IMG/VR virus record: IMGVR_UViG_3300048586_000930
Span: 1-55,018 of that record
Source: a virus
Lineage: Duplodnaviria > Caudoviricetes
Length of the DNA stretch: 55,018 nt
Reading direction: 5' to 3' (one strand)
Part shown: one piece after another, positions 27,779 to 37,427 of the stretch
How the letters are laid out: every line of letters begins with the position of its first letter
Position numbering within the stretch: position 1 is the stretch's first letter
Translations under genes and position numbers: made by a program
Notes under the pieces: generated by a model
Told to the model about the DNA's origin: nothing
Seen by the model: the letters and a program-made list of their open reading frames with translations, nothing else
Database searches by the model: none

Positions 27779-28132
27779 ATGACCGCGATCGTGCCCGTGC
27801 GCACCAGCATCGCCGCCGGCCAGGCGCTGAGCGGGCCCGTCGCCAGCGTCGGCTACGGCGTCTGCCTGCTGCTGCTGCCCGCCGCCTGGACCGACGCCCC
27901 GCTGACCCTGCAGGGCTCGCTCGATGAGGGCGAACCCGTGGCCTGGGCGGATCTCTACGACCATCTCGGCAACGAGGTGGTGCTGACGGCCACTGCCGGC
28001 CGCGCGCTCACCCTGCCGCCCACGCTGCTGCTCGGCTGGCGCTGGCTGCGCCTGCGCTCCGGCCTCGCCGCTGCGCCGGTGAACCAGGCGGTGGAGCGGC
28101 TGCTCACCCTCGGCATCCGGCCGCTCGCATGA
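27779..28132 (+). CDS. Hypothetical protein, possible virion component
   Basis: 117 aa from the ATG at 27779 (GGAG RBS), beta-rich. Confidence 0.7.
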   Translation: MTAIVPVRTSIAAGQALSGPVASVGYGVCLLLLPAAWTDAPLTLQGSLDEGEPVAWADLYDHLGNEVVLTATAGRALTLPPTLLLGWRWLRLRSGLAAAPVNQAVERLLTLGIRPLA

Positions 28133-28734
28133 CCGCGCTCATCCAGCACTATTTGCCGCCGGCACCGGCGATGCTGCCCTACGTCTCGGGGCGGTTCTAC
28201 GCCTCGCAGCATGCGCGTGCAGTGGGCGGCGCGGTCGCGATGACGGCGAACCGGCTCTACTGCGTCCCCTACGTGCTGGCGCGGCCGGGCCTGTTCTCGG
28301 CCATCGCGGTGAGCGTGACGACCGGCGCCGCGGGCCTCCTGCGTATGGCGCTCGCCGCGGACAACGGGGCCGGCCGACCGGGGGCGGTGATGGAGGAGCC
28401 GCTGGCAGACGCAGACACGACTGTGGCCGGCAATGCGCTCTGCCCCTTCGCGCAGCCACGCTGGATCCCGGCCGCAATCTGGTGGCTGCTGCTGTGCTTC
28501 TCCGGCGCGCCCTCGGTGCGCGGCACCTCCACCCAGGCCTTCAGCGGCGGCAACACCTTGCTGCTTGGCTCCACGGCAGCGGATGGCGGCGCCGGCGGCG
28601 GCACCGGCAGCGAGAACGGCTTCTTCGCGCCGCTGACCTGGCAGGCGGGGGTGCCGATCATGTCGAACCCGCCCTCCGGGCTGTCCTATTTGGGCAATGC
28701 GGCGACGCCGCTGCCGACGCTGCGGGCGGCGTGA
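28129..28734 (+). CDS. Hypothetical protein, possible head fibre/decoration protein
   Basis: 201 aa, Gly/Ala/Thr-rich, coupled on both sides. Confidence 0.65.
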   Translation: MTALIQHYLPPAPAMLPYVSGRFYASQHARAVGGAVAMTANRLYCVPYVLARPGLFSAIAVSVTTGAAGLLRMALAADNGAGRPGAVMEEPLADADTTVAGNALCPFAQPRWIPAAIWWLLLCFSGAPSVRGTSTQAFSGGNTLLLGSTAADGGAGGGTGSENGFFAPLTWQAGVPIMSNPPSGLSYLGNAATPLPTLRAA

Positions 28735-28970
28735 TGGATCCCGCCGTCCTCGCCTGGGCGCTGGCGCAGCCGCAGGGCAGCCGCGCCGCGGTGCTGGCCG
28801 CGGCGTATACGGGCGGCACCACGCGCGTAACCTTCGACGGGCGCACCGTGGAATACCGCAGCCTCGATGAGCTCGGCCGGGCGCTCGCGGTGCTGCGCGG
28901 GGCGGAAAACAGCGCGGCGCGGCGGCCTTCAATGACGCTGGCGAGCTTCACCCGCGGAGGTGCTGCGTGA
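28734..28970 (+). CDS. Head-tail joining protein (gpW-like)
   Basis: GTTRVTFDGRTVEYRSLDEL, directly before the portal gene. Confidence 0.82.
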   Translation: MDPAVLAWALAQPQGSRAAVLAAAYTGGTTRVTFDGRTVEYRSLDELGRALAVLRGAENSAARRPSMTLASFTRGGAA

Positions 28971-30454
28971 TCGATCGCATGACCCGCCGCCTCCGCGACG
29001 CCTGGTCGGCGCTGCGCGGCTACGCCGCCGCGCAGGACCACCGCGCCTCCGCCTGGGCGCCCTCCGGCGGTAGCGCCAATGCCGAGGTCGGCATGGCCGT
29101 GGCCACAGTCGCCCGCCGCGCCCGCGATGCTGTGCGCAACGATCCCTATGCCAGCCGCATCGTCGATCTGTGGACCGGCAATGCGGTTGGCGCCGGCATC
29201 ACCACCCGCTGGCCCGACGATGCGCATGGCCGCGCCTGGCAGCGCTGGGCGGAGGGTACCGCCTGCGATGCCGAGGGCCGGCTCGATCTCTATGGCCTGC
29301 AGGCGCTGGTCATGCGCGCCGTCGTCGAGAGCGGCGAGTGCTTCGTGCGCTTTCTGATGGTGCCGCCCTCCGCCGCCAACCCGATCGGCCTGCGGCTGCA
29401 GGTGCTGGAGAGCGACCATCTCGATACCGCGCGCACCGGCATGGTGGAGGGCGCCCCGACCATCCAGGGGATCGCGCTCGGCACGGCCGGTGAGCCAGTT
29501 GGCTACTGGCTGCATCGCGTCCATCCGGGCGCGGCCTGGATCCTTCCGGGGTCCACCTGGCAGAGCAGCGAGCGCATTCCCGCGGCGGAGGTGCTGCACG
29601 TCTACCGCAAGCGCCGGCCCGGCCAGCTGCGCGACGTGTCCTGGCTGGCGCCGGTGCTGCTCCGCCTGCGCGACCTCGGCGACTACGAGGCCGCGCTGCT
29701 CATGAAGGCCAAGATCGAGGCCTGCCTTGCCGCGGTGGTGACTGAGGAGGGTGACGAGGCGCTGACCGGCGCCGCGACCGGCCTACTGCGCGACGCGCAG
29801 GGGCGCACCGTCGAGAGCTTCGAGCCCGGCATGATCCTCTACCGCCGCGGCATGGGCAGCGTGGAGGTGGTGAACCCGAGCGGCGGCGGATCGCACGCGG
29901 CCTTCGCCCGCCGCGCGCTCGAGGCCGCGGCGGTCGGCGCCGGCCTGACCTACGACCAGGTCTCCGGTGATCTCACCCAGGCGAACTATTCCAGCCTCCG
30001 GGCCGGCAAGATCGAGTTCCGCCGCCTCTGCGAACAGGTCCAGTACGGCACGCTGATCCCGATGCTGGTCAGACCGATCGCGGACCGCTTCCACGCCCAG
30101 GGTGCTCTGCTGGGGCTTTGGGGGACGGAGATGCCGGAGGGCGTCAGCCACGTCCCGCCGGCGCACGAGATGATCGATCCGCTGAAGGACACGACCGCCC
30201 TGATCGCCCAGGTGCGCGCCGGCTTCGTGCCGCAACCCGAGGCGGCGGGGGCCTTCGGCTACGACTTCCGCGCCGCGGTGGAGATGATCCGCGAGGCCAA
30301 TGCGCTGCTCGACGAGGCCGGCCTCGCGCTCGACACGGACCCACGCCGGGTTGCGAAGTCCGGCGCAGCGCAGGACGCGGCGCAGATGGCTGCCGTCGAG
30401 ATTGCAGCCACCGGCGCCGCGGCCCCGCCGCGCGAGATCCCAGCACAGGGCTGA
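28967..30454 (+). CDS. Portal protein, lambda family
   Basis: RARDAVRND, ESGECF, RPGQLR, ANYSSLRAG and IDPLKD. Confidence 0.93.
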   Translation: MIDRMTRRLRDAWSALRGYAAAQDHRASAWAPSGGSANAEVGMAVATVARRARDAVRNDPYASRIVDLWTGNAVGAGITTRWPDDAHGRAWQRWAEGTACDAEGRLDLYGLQALVMRAVVESGECFVRFLMVPPSAANPIGLRLQVLESDHLDTARTGMVEGAPTIQGIALGTAGEPVGYWLHRVHPGAAWILPGSTWQSSERIPAAEVLHVYRKRRPGQLRDVSWLAPVLLRLRDLGDYEAALLMKAKIEACLAAVVTEEGDEALTGAATGLLRDAQGRTVESFEPGMILYRRGMGSVEVVNPSGGGSHAAFARRALEAAAVGAGLTYDQVSGDLTQANYSSLRAGKIEFRRLCEQVQYGTLIPMLVRPIADRFHAQGALLGLWGTEMPEGVSHVPPAHEMIDPLKDTTALIAQVRAGFVPQPEAAGAFGYDFRAAVEMIREANALLDEAGLALDTDPRRVAKSGAAQDAAQMAAVEIAATGAAAPPREIPAQG

Positions 30455-30456
30455 CC

Positions 30457-32565
30457 ATGACGGACATCATCGAACCGGGCGGGGGCGACCCCGCGCCGGA
30501 GCTTGCTGCTGCGCCAATGGCCGGGGACCTTCCCGTGGTCGCGCAGCGCGCCATCACTGCCCCGGCCACCGTCGATCGCGCCGCCCGCACCGTTGAGGTG
30601 GTGTGGTCGAGCGGCGCGCGCGCCCGCAACTTCGTCCCCGCCCTCGGCCTGATCACCGAGGAGCTGGAGATGTCGCCCAACGCGGTGCGCATGGATGCGC
30701 TGCGCTCCGGCCGCGCCCCGGTGCTCGACACCCATCGCCGCGGTGGTGCCAGGGATGTGCTGGGGCGGGTGGTCGCCGCCCGCCTCGAGCGCGGCCGCGG
30801 CTATGCCACGCTGCAGTTCTCGGCCGCCGCCGACGTCGAGCCGATCTGGCAGCGCATCGCCGATGGCACGCTGCGGGCGGTGAGCGTCGGCTATCGCGTC
30901 CACCGCTACGAGCCGCGGCCCGATGCCGCCACCGGCGAGACCGTCCACCGCGCGGTGGATTGGGAGCCCTTCGAGATCTCCGTCGTGCCGGTCCCGGTGG
31001 ACCGCGATGCGGCGGTGCGTGGTGAGGCGCCGCAGGGCGCGCCCGCCATCGCGATCGAGCCCGCCCTGCCTGACGAGGATCCACCCATGCCCGAGACGAC
31101 GCCGGCCCCGCAGGCCGAGCCGGCCGCCCCGCTGGCGCCGCCGACCCATCCGCCCCAGGAGACGACGCCCGTGACCACCACGCCCAGCCCCGCGCCCAGC
31201 GCCCCGGCGCCCGAGCCGATCCGCGCCGCCCCGGACCTCGATGCGGTCCGTGCCGAGGCGCAGCGCGCCGAGCGCGAGCGCATCGCCGGCATCGATGCCG
31301 CTGTCGAGGCAGCCCGCGCCCTCCTGCCGGCGGACCGCGTCACGCCAATCCGTGCCGAGGCTATCGCCCAGGGCTGGACCGGCGACCAGGCCCGCCGCGC
31401 CCTGTTCGATGCCCTCGTCGCGCACGGCCCGCGTCCCTCCATCCCGGCGCGCCCGGAGACGGGTCCCGGCCACGATGATCCGGCGCAGCTCCTCGACGCC
31501 ATGGCCGAGGCGCTCGCCGCCCGCGCCATGCCCGGCTACCAGCCCCAGGGGGAGAATGGTCGCTCCGGCCGGCACGCCGAGTTCATGGGCTGGCGCCCCT
31601 CCGACATGATCGGCGAGCTGCTGCGGGCCCGCGGCGAGCGGAGCGTGCCCCGCAACCCGACGCTCCTCGCCGAGCGCGCCTTCCACACCAGCTCGGACTT
31701 CCCGCTGCTGCTCGCGGCCGCGGCCAACAAGATGCTGCTCGCTGCCTACCAGCCCGCGCAGCCGACCTATCGGCAGCTCTTCCTCCGTCGCGACTTCCGC
31801 GACTTCAAGCCGCACCGGCACCTGCGCATCGGCGACTTCCCGACCCTGCTGCCGCTCGCCGAGAACGGCGAGATCCAGGTCGGCACCATGTCCGAGAGCC
31901 AGGAGAGCGTCCTGCTGCAGACCTTCGCGCGGCGCATCCGCGTCACGCGGCCGATGCTGGTCAACGACGACCTCGGCGCCTTCACCGACTTCGCCGCCGC
32001 CATCGGCCGCCGCGTCGCCGAGTTCGAGAACGCCACCGCCTACCAGCTGGTGAACAGCGCCAATGGCGACGGCCCGACGCTCTCCACCGGCAGCGCGCCC
32101 GTGTTTGCCACCGGTGTGGCGCGCGCCAACAAGGCCGGCACCGGCACGGTGCTCGATACCTCGACCATCGGCGCCGGTCGCACTGCCATCATGAAGCAGC
32201 GCACGCTGGACGGGCTGCCGATCTCGATGGGCCAGACCATGCGCCTGCTGGTCGGGCCGAACCTCGAGCTTGCCGCGCGGCAGGCGACGGTGGTCGTGCA
32301 GGCGAGCGAGATCGGCAAGGCGAACGTCTTTGCCGGCTTCGTGCAGCCGGTGATCGAGCCGCTGATCGCGGCGAACCGCTGGTACCTGTTCTCCGACCCG
32401 GTCGCCGCGCCGGTCTATGTCTACGGCTACCTCAACGGTGCCGAGGGGCCGCAGGTCACGACCGGCCCGGTGCAGGGCGCCGATGGCGTCGAGGTCAGCG
32501 TGATCTTCGACTTTGGCGTCGGCGCCATCGACTGGCGCGGCGCCTGGTTCAACCCGGGCACCTGA
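30457..32565 (+). CDS. Prohead protease - major capsid protein fusion
   Basis: PVLDTH, AVSVGY and WEPFEISVVPVP protease domain, a Pro-rich linker, then a capsid domain (TSSDFP, DFKP, NDDLGAF, DFGVGAIDWRG). Confidence 0.92.
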   Translation: MTDIIEPGGGDPAPELAAAPMAGDLPVVAQRAITAPATVDRAARTVEVVWSSGARARNFVPALGLITEELEMSPNAVRMDALRSGRAPVLDTHRRGGARDVLGRVVAARLERGRGYATLQFSAAADVEPIWQRIADGTLRAVSVGYRVHRYEPRPDAATGETVHRAVDWEPFEISVVPVPVDRDAAVRGEAPQGAPAIAIEPALPDEDPPMPETTPAPQAEPAAPLAPPTHPPQETTPVTTTPSPAPSAPAPEPIRAAPDLDAVRAEAQRAERERIAGIDAAVEAARALLPADRVTPIRAEAIAQGWTGDQARRALFDALVAHGPRPSIPARPETGPGHDDPAQLLDAMAEALAARAMPGYQPQGENGRSGRHAEFMGWRPSDMIGELLRARGERSVPRNPTLLAERAFHTSSDFPLLLAAAANKMLLAAYQPAQPTYRQLFLRRDFRDFKPHRHLRIGDFPTLLPLAENGEIQVGTMSESQESVLLQTFARRIRVTRPMLVNDDLGAFTDFAAAIGRRVAEFENATAYQLVNSANGDGPTLSTGSAPVFATGVARANKAGTGTVLDTSTIGAGRTAIMKQRTLDGLPISMGQTMRLLVGPNLELAARQATVVVQASEIGKANVFAGFVQPVIEPLIAANRWYLFSDPVAAPVYVYGYLNGAEGPQVTTGPVQGADGVEVSVIFDFGVGAIDWRGAWFNPGT

Positions 32566-32668
32566 GGACAAGGTTGTCGGGTGGTGTTGCGTACGCCGAC
32601 GATGGGCGAGGATTGTGGCGATCTCGTCCATCGCTAAGGTGCGAAGAACAACCACGGATTCGGCTGCC

Positions 32669-33400
32669 ATGCGTGTCGCCACTTGGAACATCAGGCATGG
32701 CGGCGCAGCCGGTGACGGACATCGCCGCGTTGTCGGCACGCTCCTGGGACTTGATGCCGACGTCCTCGTCGTTACGGAGTTTCGCACCAACGATCGTGGT
32801 GCCGCGATGGTCGTGGCTCTGCAGCAGGCCGGCTACCACACCACTTATCCCGCGGCGCCTCCCAATCGAAACTCGGTCCTCATCGCGAGCCGAACGCCTA
32901 TCGCGACGGCCCAATCGCTGGCGCCCTCGCTTTCCGATCCCTGGCGGCTGTGGATGGCAGACCTTGTTTGGGGGCGCGTGACAGGCGTCTACATGCCGAA
33001 CCAGGAGCGCAAGCTGCCGTACTGGGACAGCGTTATCAGTGCTGCATCCGGCCCCAACCCACCATGCCTCCTGATCGGCGACTTCAACACCGGGCGCAAC
33101 GATTTGGATAAGGCGGACAACGCGACCGCCCTCATCGGGGCCGAGTACATGGATCGCATCGGAGAGGTGGGCCTCATTGATCTCTGGCGAACGCGTCATC
33201 CCGACCGGCGCGAGTACTCCTGGTTCAGCTCGCCGTGGAACAACGGCTTCCGGCTTGACCATGCCCTTGGGACCAGTCGCATCGCTGCAATGGTCACCGA
33301 CTGCCGATACGATCACGGACCGCGCCTGGAGCGCATTTCCGACCACTCGGCGCTGATCGTTGAGTTCGCGGTGGCTGGCACAGCGATCAACGCACGCTGA
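32669..33400 (+). CDS. Endonuclease/exonuclease/phosphatase (ExoIII-like) protein, accessory insertion
   Basis: RVATWNI, DVLVVTE, VYMP, LIGDFN, YSW, RLDH and SDHS. Confidence 0.88.
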   Translation: MRVATWNIRHGGAAGDGHRRVVGTLLGLDADVLVVTEFRTNDRGAAMVVALQQAGYHTTYPAAPPNRNSVLIASRTPIATAQSLAPSLSDPWRLWMADLVWGRVTGVYMPNQERKLPYWDSVISAASGPNPPCLLIGDFNTGRNDLDKADNATALIGAEYMDRIGEVGLIDLWRTRHPDRREYSWFSSPWNNGFRLDHALGTSRIAAMVTDCRYDHGPRLERISDHSALIVEFAVAGTAINAR

Positions 33401-33454
33401 ACGACAAACCGGCGCCATGGGGGCGCCGGACATATCAAGACATCGCAGAACCAT

Positions 33455-33487
33455 ACACGGGGCGCCCTTTGGGCGCCCTTCGTGTTT
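33455..33487 (+). terminator. Hairpin, probable terminator/attenuator
   Basis: ACACG-GGGCGCCC-TTT-GGGCGCCC-TT-CGTGT-TT. Confidence 0.55.
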
Positions 33488-33506
33488 CCGGGGAGCTTTC
33501 ATCACC

Positions 33507-33857
33507 ATGCGCAACTGCATCCGTCCCGACGCGCGCTCCATCCCGATGGTGGTGCCCTATGCCGGCGGGATTCTCTCCGGCCAGGGCATGCTGGTCGGCG
33601 CCTTCTTCGGCGTCGCGGCCTCCGACGCCGCGCAGAACGCCTCGGTCGACTGCGAGACCCGCGGCGAGTTCGAGCTCACCAAGGAGCCCGTACTGGCCAT
33701 CAGTCAGGGCGCACGGGTGTTCTGGGACAATACCAATCGCCGCATCACCACCACCACGACGGGCAATTTCCAGGTCGGCCTCTGCACCGTCGCCGCACTC
33801 GCCGCCGACGCCACGGTGCGGGTGATGCTGGCGCGCGTGCCGGCCTCGGGGGCGTGA
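33507..33857 (+). CDS. DUF2190 capsid cement/decoration protein
   Basis: GILSGQGMLVGAFFGVA...GEFELTK...GARVFWD. Confidence 0.85.
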   Translation: MRNCIRPDARSIPMVVPYAGGILSGQGMLVGAFFGVAASDAAQNASVDCETRGEFELTKEPVLAISQGARVFWDNTNRRITTTTTGNFQVGLCTVAALAADATVRVMLARVPASGA

Positions 33858-34255
33858 TGGCCGCGCTCCTGCCGCGCGATCGCGCGCGCCTCGAGGGCGT
33901 GCACCGCGACCTGGTGCGCGTCGTTGAACGGGCACGCCATGCGGTACCCTTCATCGTCACCGAGGGGCTGCGCTCGCGCGAGCGCCAGGCCCGGCTGGTC
34001 GCGATCGGTGCCTCACGCACCATGAACAGCCGGCACATCACCGGCCATGCCGTCGATCTCGCCTACTGGCTCGACGATGGCGACGGTGCGGTCGAGCAGG
34101 GCGAGGTCCGCTGGGATTGGCCTCTGTATGAGCAGATCGGCGCGGCCATGAAGGCCGCGGCGAAGGAGCTCGGCGTGCCGATCGTCTGGGGCGGCGACTG
34201 GGCGTCCTTCAGGGACGGGCCGCACTTCGAGCTCGACCGCACGGCCTATCCCTGA
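33857..34255 (+). CDS. Endolysin, M15 family (L-Ala-D-Glu peptidase)
   Basis: LEGVH.DL, TEGLRS, SRHITGHAVD, WGGDW and DGPHFEL. Confidence 0.92.
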   Translation: MAALLPRDRARLEGVHRDLVRVVERARHAVPFIVTEGLRSRERQARLVAIGASRTMNSRHITGHAVDLAYWLDDGDGAVEQGEVRWDWPLYEQIGAAMKAAAKELGVPIVWGGDWASFRDGPHFELDRTAYP

Positions 34256-34644
34256 TGGGCGCGGCGATCCTCGCCGTCATGTCCCGCCATGCCCTGCCGA
34301 TCGCCATGGGGCTTGCGCTGCTGATCTCGGCGGGCAGTGCCTGGCAGTTTCGCGCCCAGCGCGACGCCGCGCGCCTCAACGCGGCGATGGCCAGCCGCGC
34401 GGCGGAGGCGAATGCCGCTGCGCTCGCCCAGGCCACGGCCGAGCACGCGCGCCACATCGCGGTGCTGACCGGCGAGGCCGAGCGCGCCCGCGCCCAGGCC
34501 GCGCGCCTTGGTGCCAATCTGGAGGCCCTCCGCCGTGACCCGAGCCATGCTGCCGGCGCTGCCTCTGTGCTGCGCGATGCTGTCGAGCGCCTGCGCGCCG
34601 GCCGGACCGCCGGAGATCCGGCTGCTGCCGCTCCGCCTCCCTGA
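34255..34644 (+). CDS. i-spanin (Rz-like)
   Basis: N-terminal TM segment then an Ala-rich coiled coil. Follows the endolysin. Confidence 0.75.
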   Translation: MGAAILAVMSRHALPIAMGLALLISAGSAWQFRAQRDAARLNAAMASRAAEANAAALAQATAEHARHIAVLTGEAERARAQAARLGANLEALRRDPSHAAGAASVLRDAVERLRAGRTAGDPAAAAPPP

Positions 34645-34810
34645 CGCGCTGCTGGTCTGTGCGGAGGCGCCGGTCCTGCCAGGCACCGACCACCTGACCC
34701 AGGGGCAGGCGGCGGAGCTGCTGCTGGCCTACGACGCCGCCCATGCCGATTGCGCCGGCCGGCTCGCGGCGGTGCGGCGGCTGAACCCTACCGACGGGGG
34801 CGAGCAGTGA
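34535..34810 (+). CDS. o-spanin lipoprotein (Rz1-like), overlapping Rz
   Basis: GGAGG at 34521, GTG at 34535, lipobox LSSA-C, Pro-rich mature region with further Cys. Confidence 0.75.
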   Translation: MTRAMLPALPLCCAMLSSACAPAGPPEIRLLPLRLPDALLVCAEAPVLPGTDHLTQGQAAELLLAYDAAHADCAGRLAAVRRLNPTDGGEQ

Positions 34811-35115
34811 ATGCCTTCGCCGATGCGATGGCTGCGCTGGTCGCCGATCCGAACCTGGGCGCCGAGGCGGTCTATCGAACAGGCGGCAGTGGCACGCCGG
34901 TTGTCCTTCGGGTGCTGCGGTCTTCTCCGGACCGCGTCGCCGATGCCTTCGGCACCGAGATCCTCTCCGCGACCGACATCCTCTCGGTCGCCATCGCTGT
35001 CCTCCCGAACCTCGCCGCCGGCGACAGCTTCGCCCTCGGCCCCGACCTGCTCACCGTCACCCATGCCGAGCGCGACGCCTCCGGCACCGCCTGGCGCGTG
35101 CTCTGCCAGCGATAG
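34807..35115 (+). CDS. Head-tail joining protein (gpFII-like)
   Basis: 102 aa, beta-rich, ending ...GTAWRVLC. Called from position and size. Confidence 0.7.
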   Translation: MNAFADAMAALVADPNLGAEAVYRTGGSGTPVVLRVLRSSPDRVADAFGTEILSATDILSVAIAVLPNLAAGDSFALGPDLLTVTHAERDASGTAWRVLCQR

Positions 35116-35127
35116 GAGCCCCATTCC

Positions 35128-35448
35128 ATGCCGCAGAACGCCCTCACCCTGCTGGAGATCCTGCGCGACCTGCTGCTCGGGGCCGCGGCCGGTCTCGCCG
35201 GTGGCTTCGTGCGTTGGAACAACCCGGAGCGCCGGCGCTTCGGCTGGTGCCTCGCCTGGGAGGTGCCCTCCGCCGCGTTGGTCGGGAGCGCCGGCTATGC
35301 GCTGGGGGGCTTCCTCGAGTTCAACGAGTACGGCCGGTTTCTCTTTGCTTTCGTGTTCGGCTACCTCGGCCAGGCGGCGCTGCATGACCTGGCCGTCGCC
35401 ATCATCCGCCACCGCACCGGCCTGCCGCCTGGCGGCGGCACGCCATGA
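35128..35448 (+). CDS. Putative holin
   Basis: 106 aa with three hydrophobic segments and a basic C-terminus. Confidence 0.7.
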   Translation: MPQNALTLLEILRDLLLGAAAGLAGGFVRWNNPERRRFGWCLAWEVPSAALVGSAGYALGGFLEFNEYGRFLFAFVFGYLGQAALHDLAVAIIRHRTGLPPGGGTP

Positions 35449-36173
35449 GGCTGGCCGCCCGCATCGTCGGTGACCTACGGCAGGTGCTCGCGGCCGAGGT
35501 GCGCGCCGGCGAGCGCGCGGCGATGACGGCGATCCGCGCCGAGACCGAGCAGGTTAAGGCGGAGCTGCGCCGGCAGGTCACCAGCAGCTTCGGCGGCAAC
35601 GCCCGCGGCATCGCCAATGCCTGGCGCTCGCAGGTCTTTCCTCGCAGTGGTCAGTCACTGCGCCCCGCCGGGCTGGTGTTCACCAAGGTGCCGAACGTCG
35701 TTGACGCCTTCGAGCGCGGCGCGCTGATCCGCGCCAAGGGCGGGCGGACGTTCCTGGCGATCCCGACCGGGTTCAACGCGGCGCGGGGACGCCGCGGCCG
35801 CGGCGAGAAGGGGATGCGCGTCACGCCGGCGCAGATGGTGGCCTCGGGGCAGGGTTTCCTCCGCCCCTTTAAGTCCGGCCGGGGCTTCGTCTGGTGCCTG
35901 CCGCTGCGCCAGGGCGCGCAGACGGGCAGGCGTCGGCGGACGCGCCTGATTGCCGGCGGCCTCGCGGAGGTCGGTACCGGCAACCGCAAGGGCCGCGAGG
36001 CCTGGGCACGCGGCATGCTCGCCCGCGGGATGGTGCCGATGTTCCTGCTGCTGCCGCAGGTGAAGCTCGCCAAACGGCTGGACGTAAAGGGTGCGGCGGT
36101 GCTCGGCCTGCGCCGGCTGCCGGGGCGCTTCGTGGCGGCCTGGGAGCGCGAGAGCGGGAAATCGGCGCCATGA
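35445..36173 (+). CDS. DUF6441-like neck/tail-completion protein
   Basis: 242 aa, basic, with FLAIPT and VPMFLLLPQVKL.KRLD. Confidence 0.72.
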   Translation: MRLAARIVGDLRQVLAAEVRAGERAAMTAIRAETEQVKAELRRQVTSSFGGNARGIANAWRSQVFPRSGQSLRPAGLVFTKVPNVVDAFERGALIRAKGGRTFLAIPTGFNAARGRRGRGEKGMRVTPAQMVASGQGFLRPFKSGRGFVWCLPLRQGAQTGRRRRTRLIAGGLAEVGTGNRKGREAWARGMLARGMVPMFLLLPQVKLAKRLDVKGAAVLGLRRLPGRFVAAWERESGKSAP

Positions 36174-36616
36174 GCATGCGCGAGACCGCGATCGCCGCGC
36201 TGCACGACCGGCTGCAGACGGCCCTCGCCACCCGCAATCCCGCCCCGCTGGTCCTGCGTGGCGAGACTATGCCGCAGCGCGTGCCGCCAGGCGGGCTGGT
36301 CGTCATCCGCGACGGCGAGACCGTCGAGGAGACGGCAATCCTCTCGCCGCTCGCCTGGGCGATCGAGCACCGCGCCGAGGTCGAGGTCACCGCCGGCGGA
36401 GCGACGCCGGCGGCCCGCACCGCGCTGCTCGACGCGCTGCTGGTGGGCATCGCCGCCGCCATCACCACCGACCGCACGCTCGGTGGCGCGGTGGAATGGG
36501 CGCAGCCTGGCGCGCCTGATTTCGAGGATGTCGAGTTCGAGGGCGCCGCCGCGGCCCGCGCCGCCTCGGTCCTCGTCACTCTGTTCTTCACCGTCGCCGG
36601 CTCGCCGCTGGCCTGA
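36170..36616 (+). CDS. Putative tail terminator protein
   Basis: 148 aa with DRTLGGAV, directly upstream of the tail tube gene. Confidence 0.68.
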   Translation: MSMRETAIAALHDRLQTALATRNPAPLVLRGETMPQRVPPGGLVVIRDGETVEETAILSPLAWAIEHRAEVEVTAGGATPAARTALLDALLVGIAAAITTDRTLGGAVEWAQPGAPDFEDVEFEGAAAARAASVLVTLFFTVAGSPLA

Positions 36617-37427
36617 CGCTTCTTCCTCCCGCTGATCCCGGAGATCCCCGATGCCCCGTGCCATCGGCGCCAATTGCCGTCTGCTCGTGACCCCCGAGGC
36701 GACCTACGGCACCGCGCCCGCGGGCGACTGGCTGCGCATGCCGTTCCTCTCCTGCGACCTCGGGGCCGAGCAGCCGCTGCTCGATGCCGATGTCATCGGC
36801 GTCGGCAGCAGCCGCGATCCGGCCGCACCCTTCCTCGACACCGTCACCGTGCAGGGCCAGGCGGTGGTGCCGGTGGACCTGATCAACATCGGCCACTGGC
36901 TGCGCCTGCTGCTCGGCCCGCCGACCACCACCGGCACCAGTCCGAACTTCATCCACAGCTTCGGCTCGGGCGCCGCCGCGCTGCCGTCCAACAGCATCGA
37001 GGTCGGCTACCCGGACGTGCCGAACTTCGATCTCTGCACCGGGGTGCGCGCCGACACGCTGGAGATCGATTTCTCGCCGACCGGTCCCGCTACCGCGACC
37101 TTCGGGCTCATGGGGCAGGGCTCGACGCGCGGCGCGAACAGCAGCGGAGGCACGCCGACCAGCGCCGCCTACACGGCGTTCAACAAGGCGCAGGGGGCGA
37201 TCAGCCGGAACGGCTCCGCGCTCGCCCAGGTGACAGGAGCGCGGCTGACCTATGCCAACGGCATGGAGATGGTGCGCACCATCCGCGCCGACCGGAAGGT
37301 GGAGGGCGTGGATCCTGGCATCGCCCGCGCCACCGGCCAGATCACCGCGCGCTTCGCGGACACGGTGCTGCTCACCCAGGCGCAGAACAACGGTAACCAT
37401 CCGGCGAGGGCCGCGGTGTGGAGTGGA

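Noticed and set aside
30259-32790. 843-aa minus-strand ORF and similar long antisense ORFs (10899..12290, 13563..15083, 22931..24448, 25938..27719, 43047..44864)
   Set aside because: Shadows of high-GC genes on the opposite strand, with no recognisable motifs.
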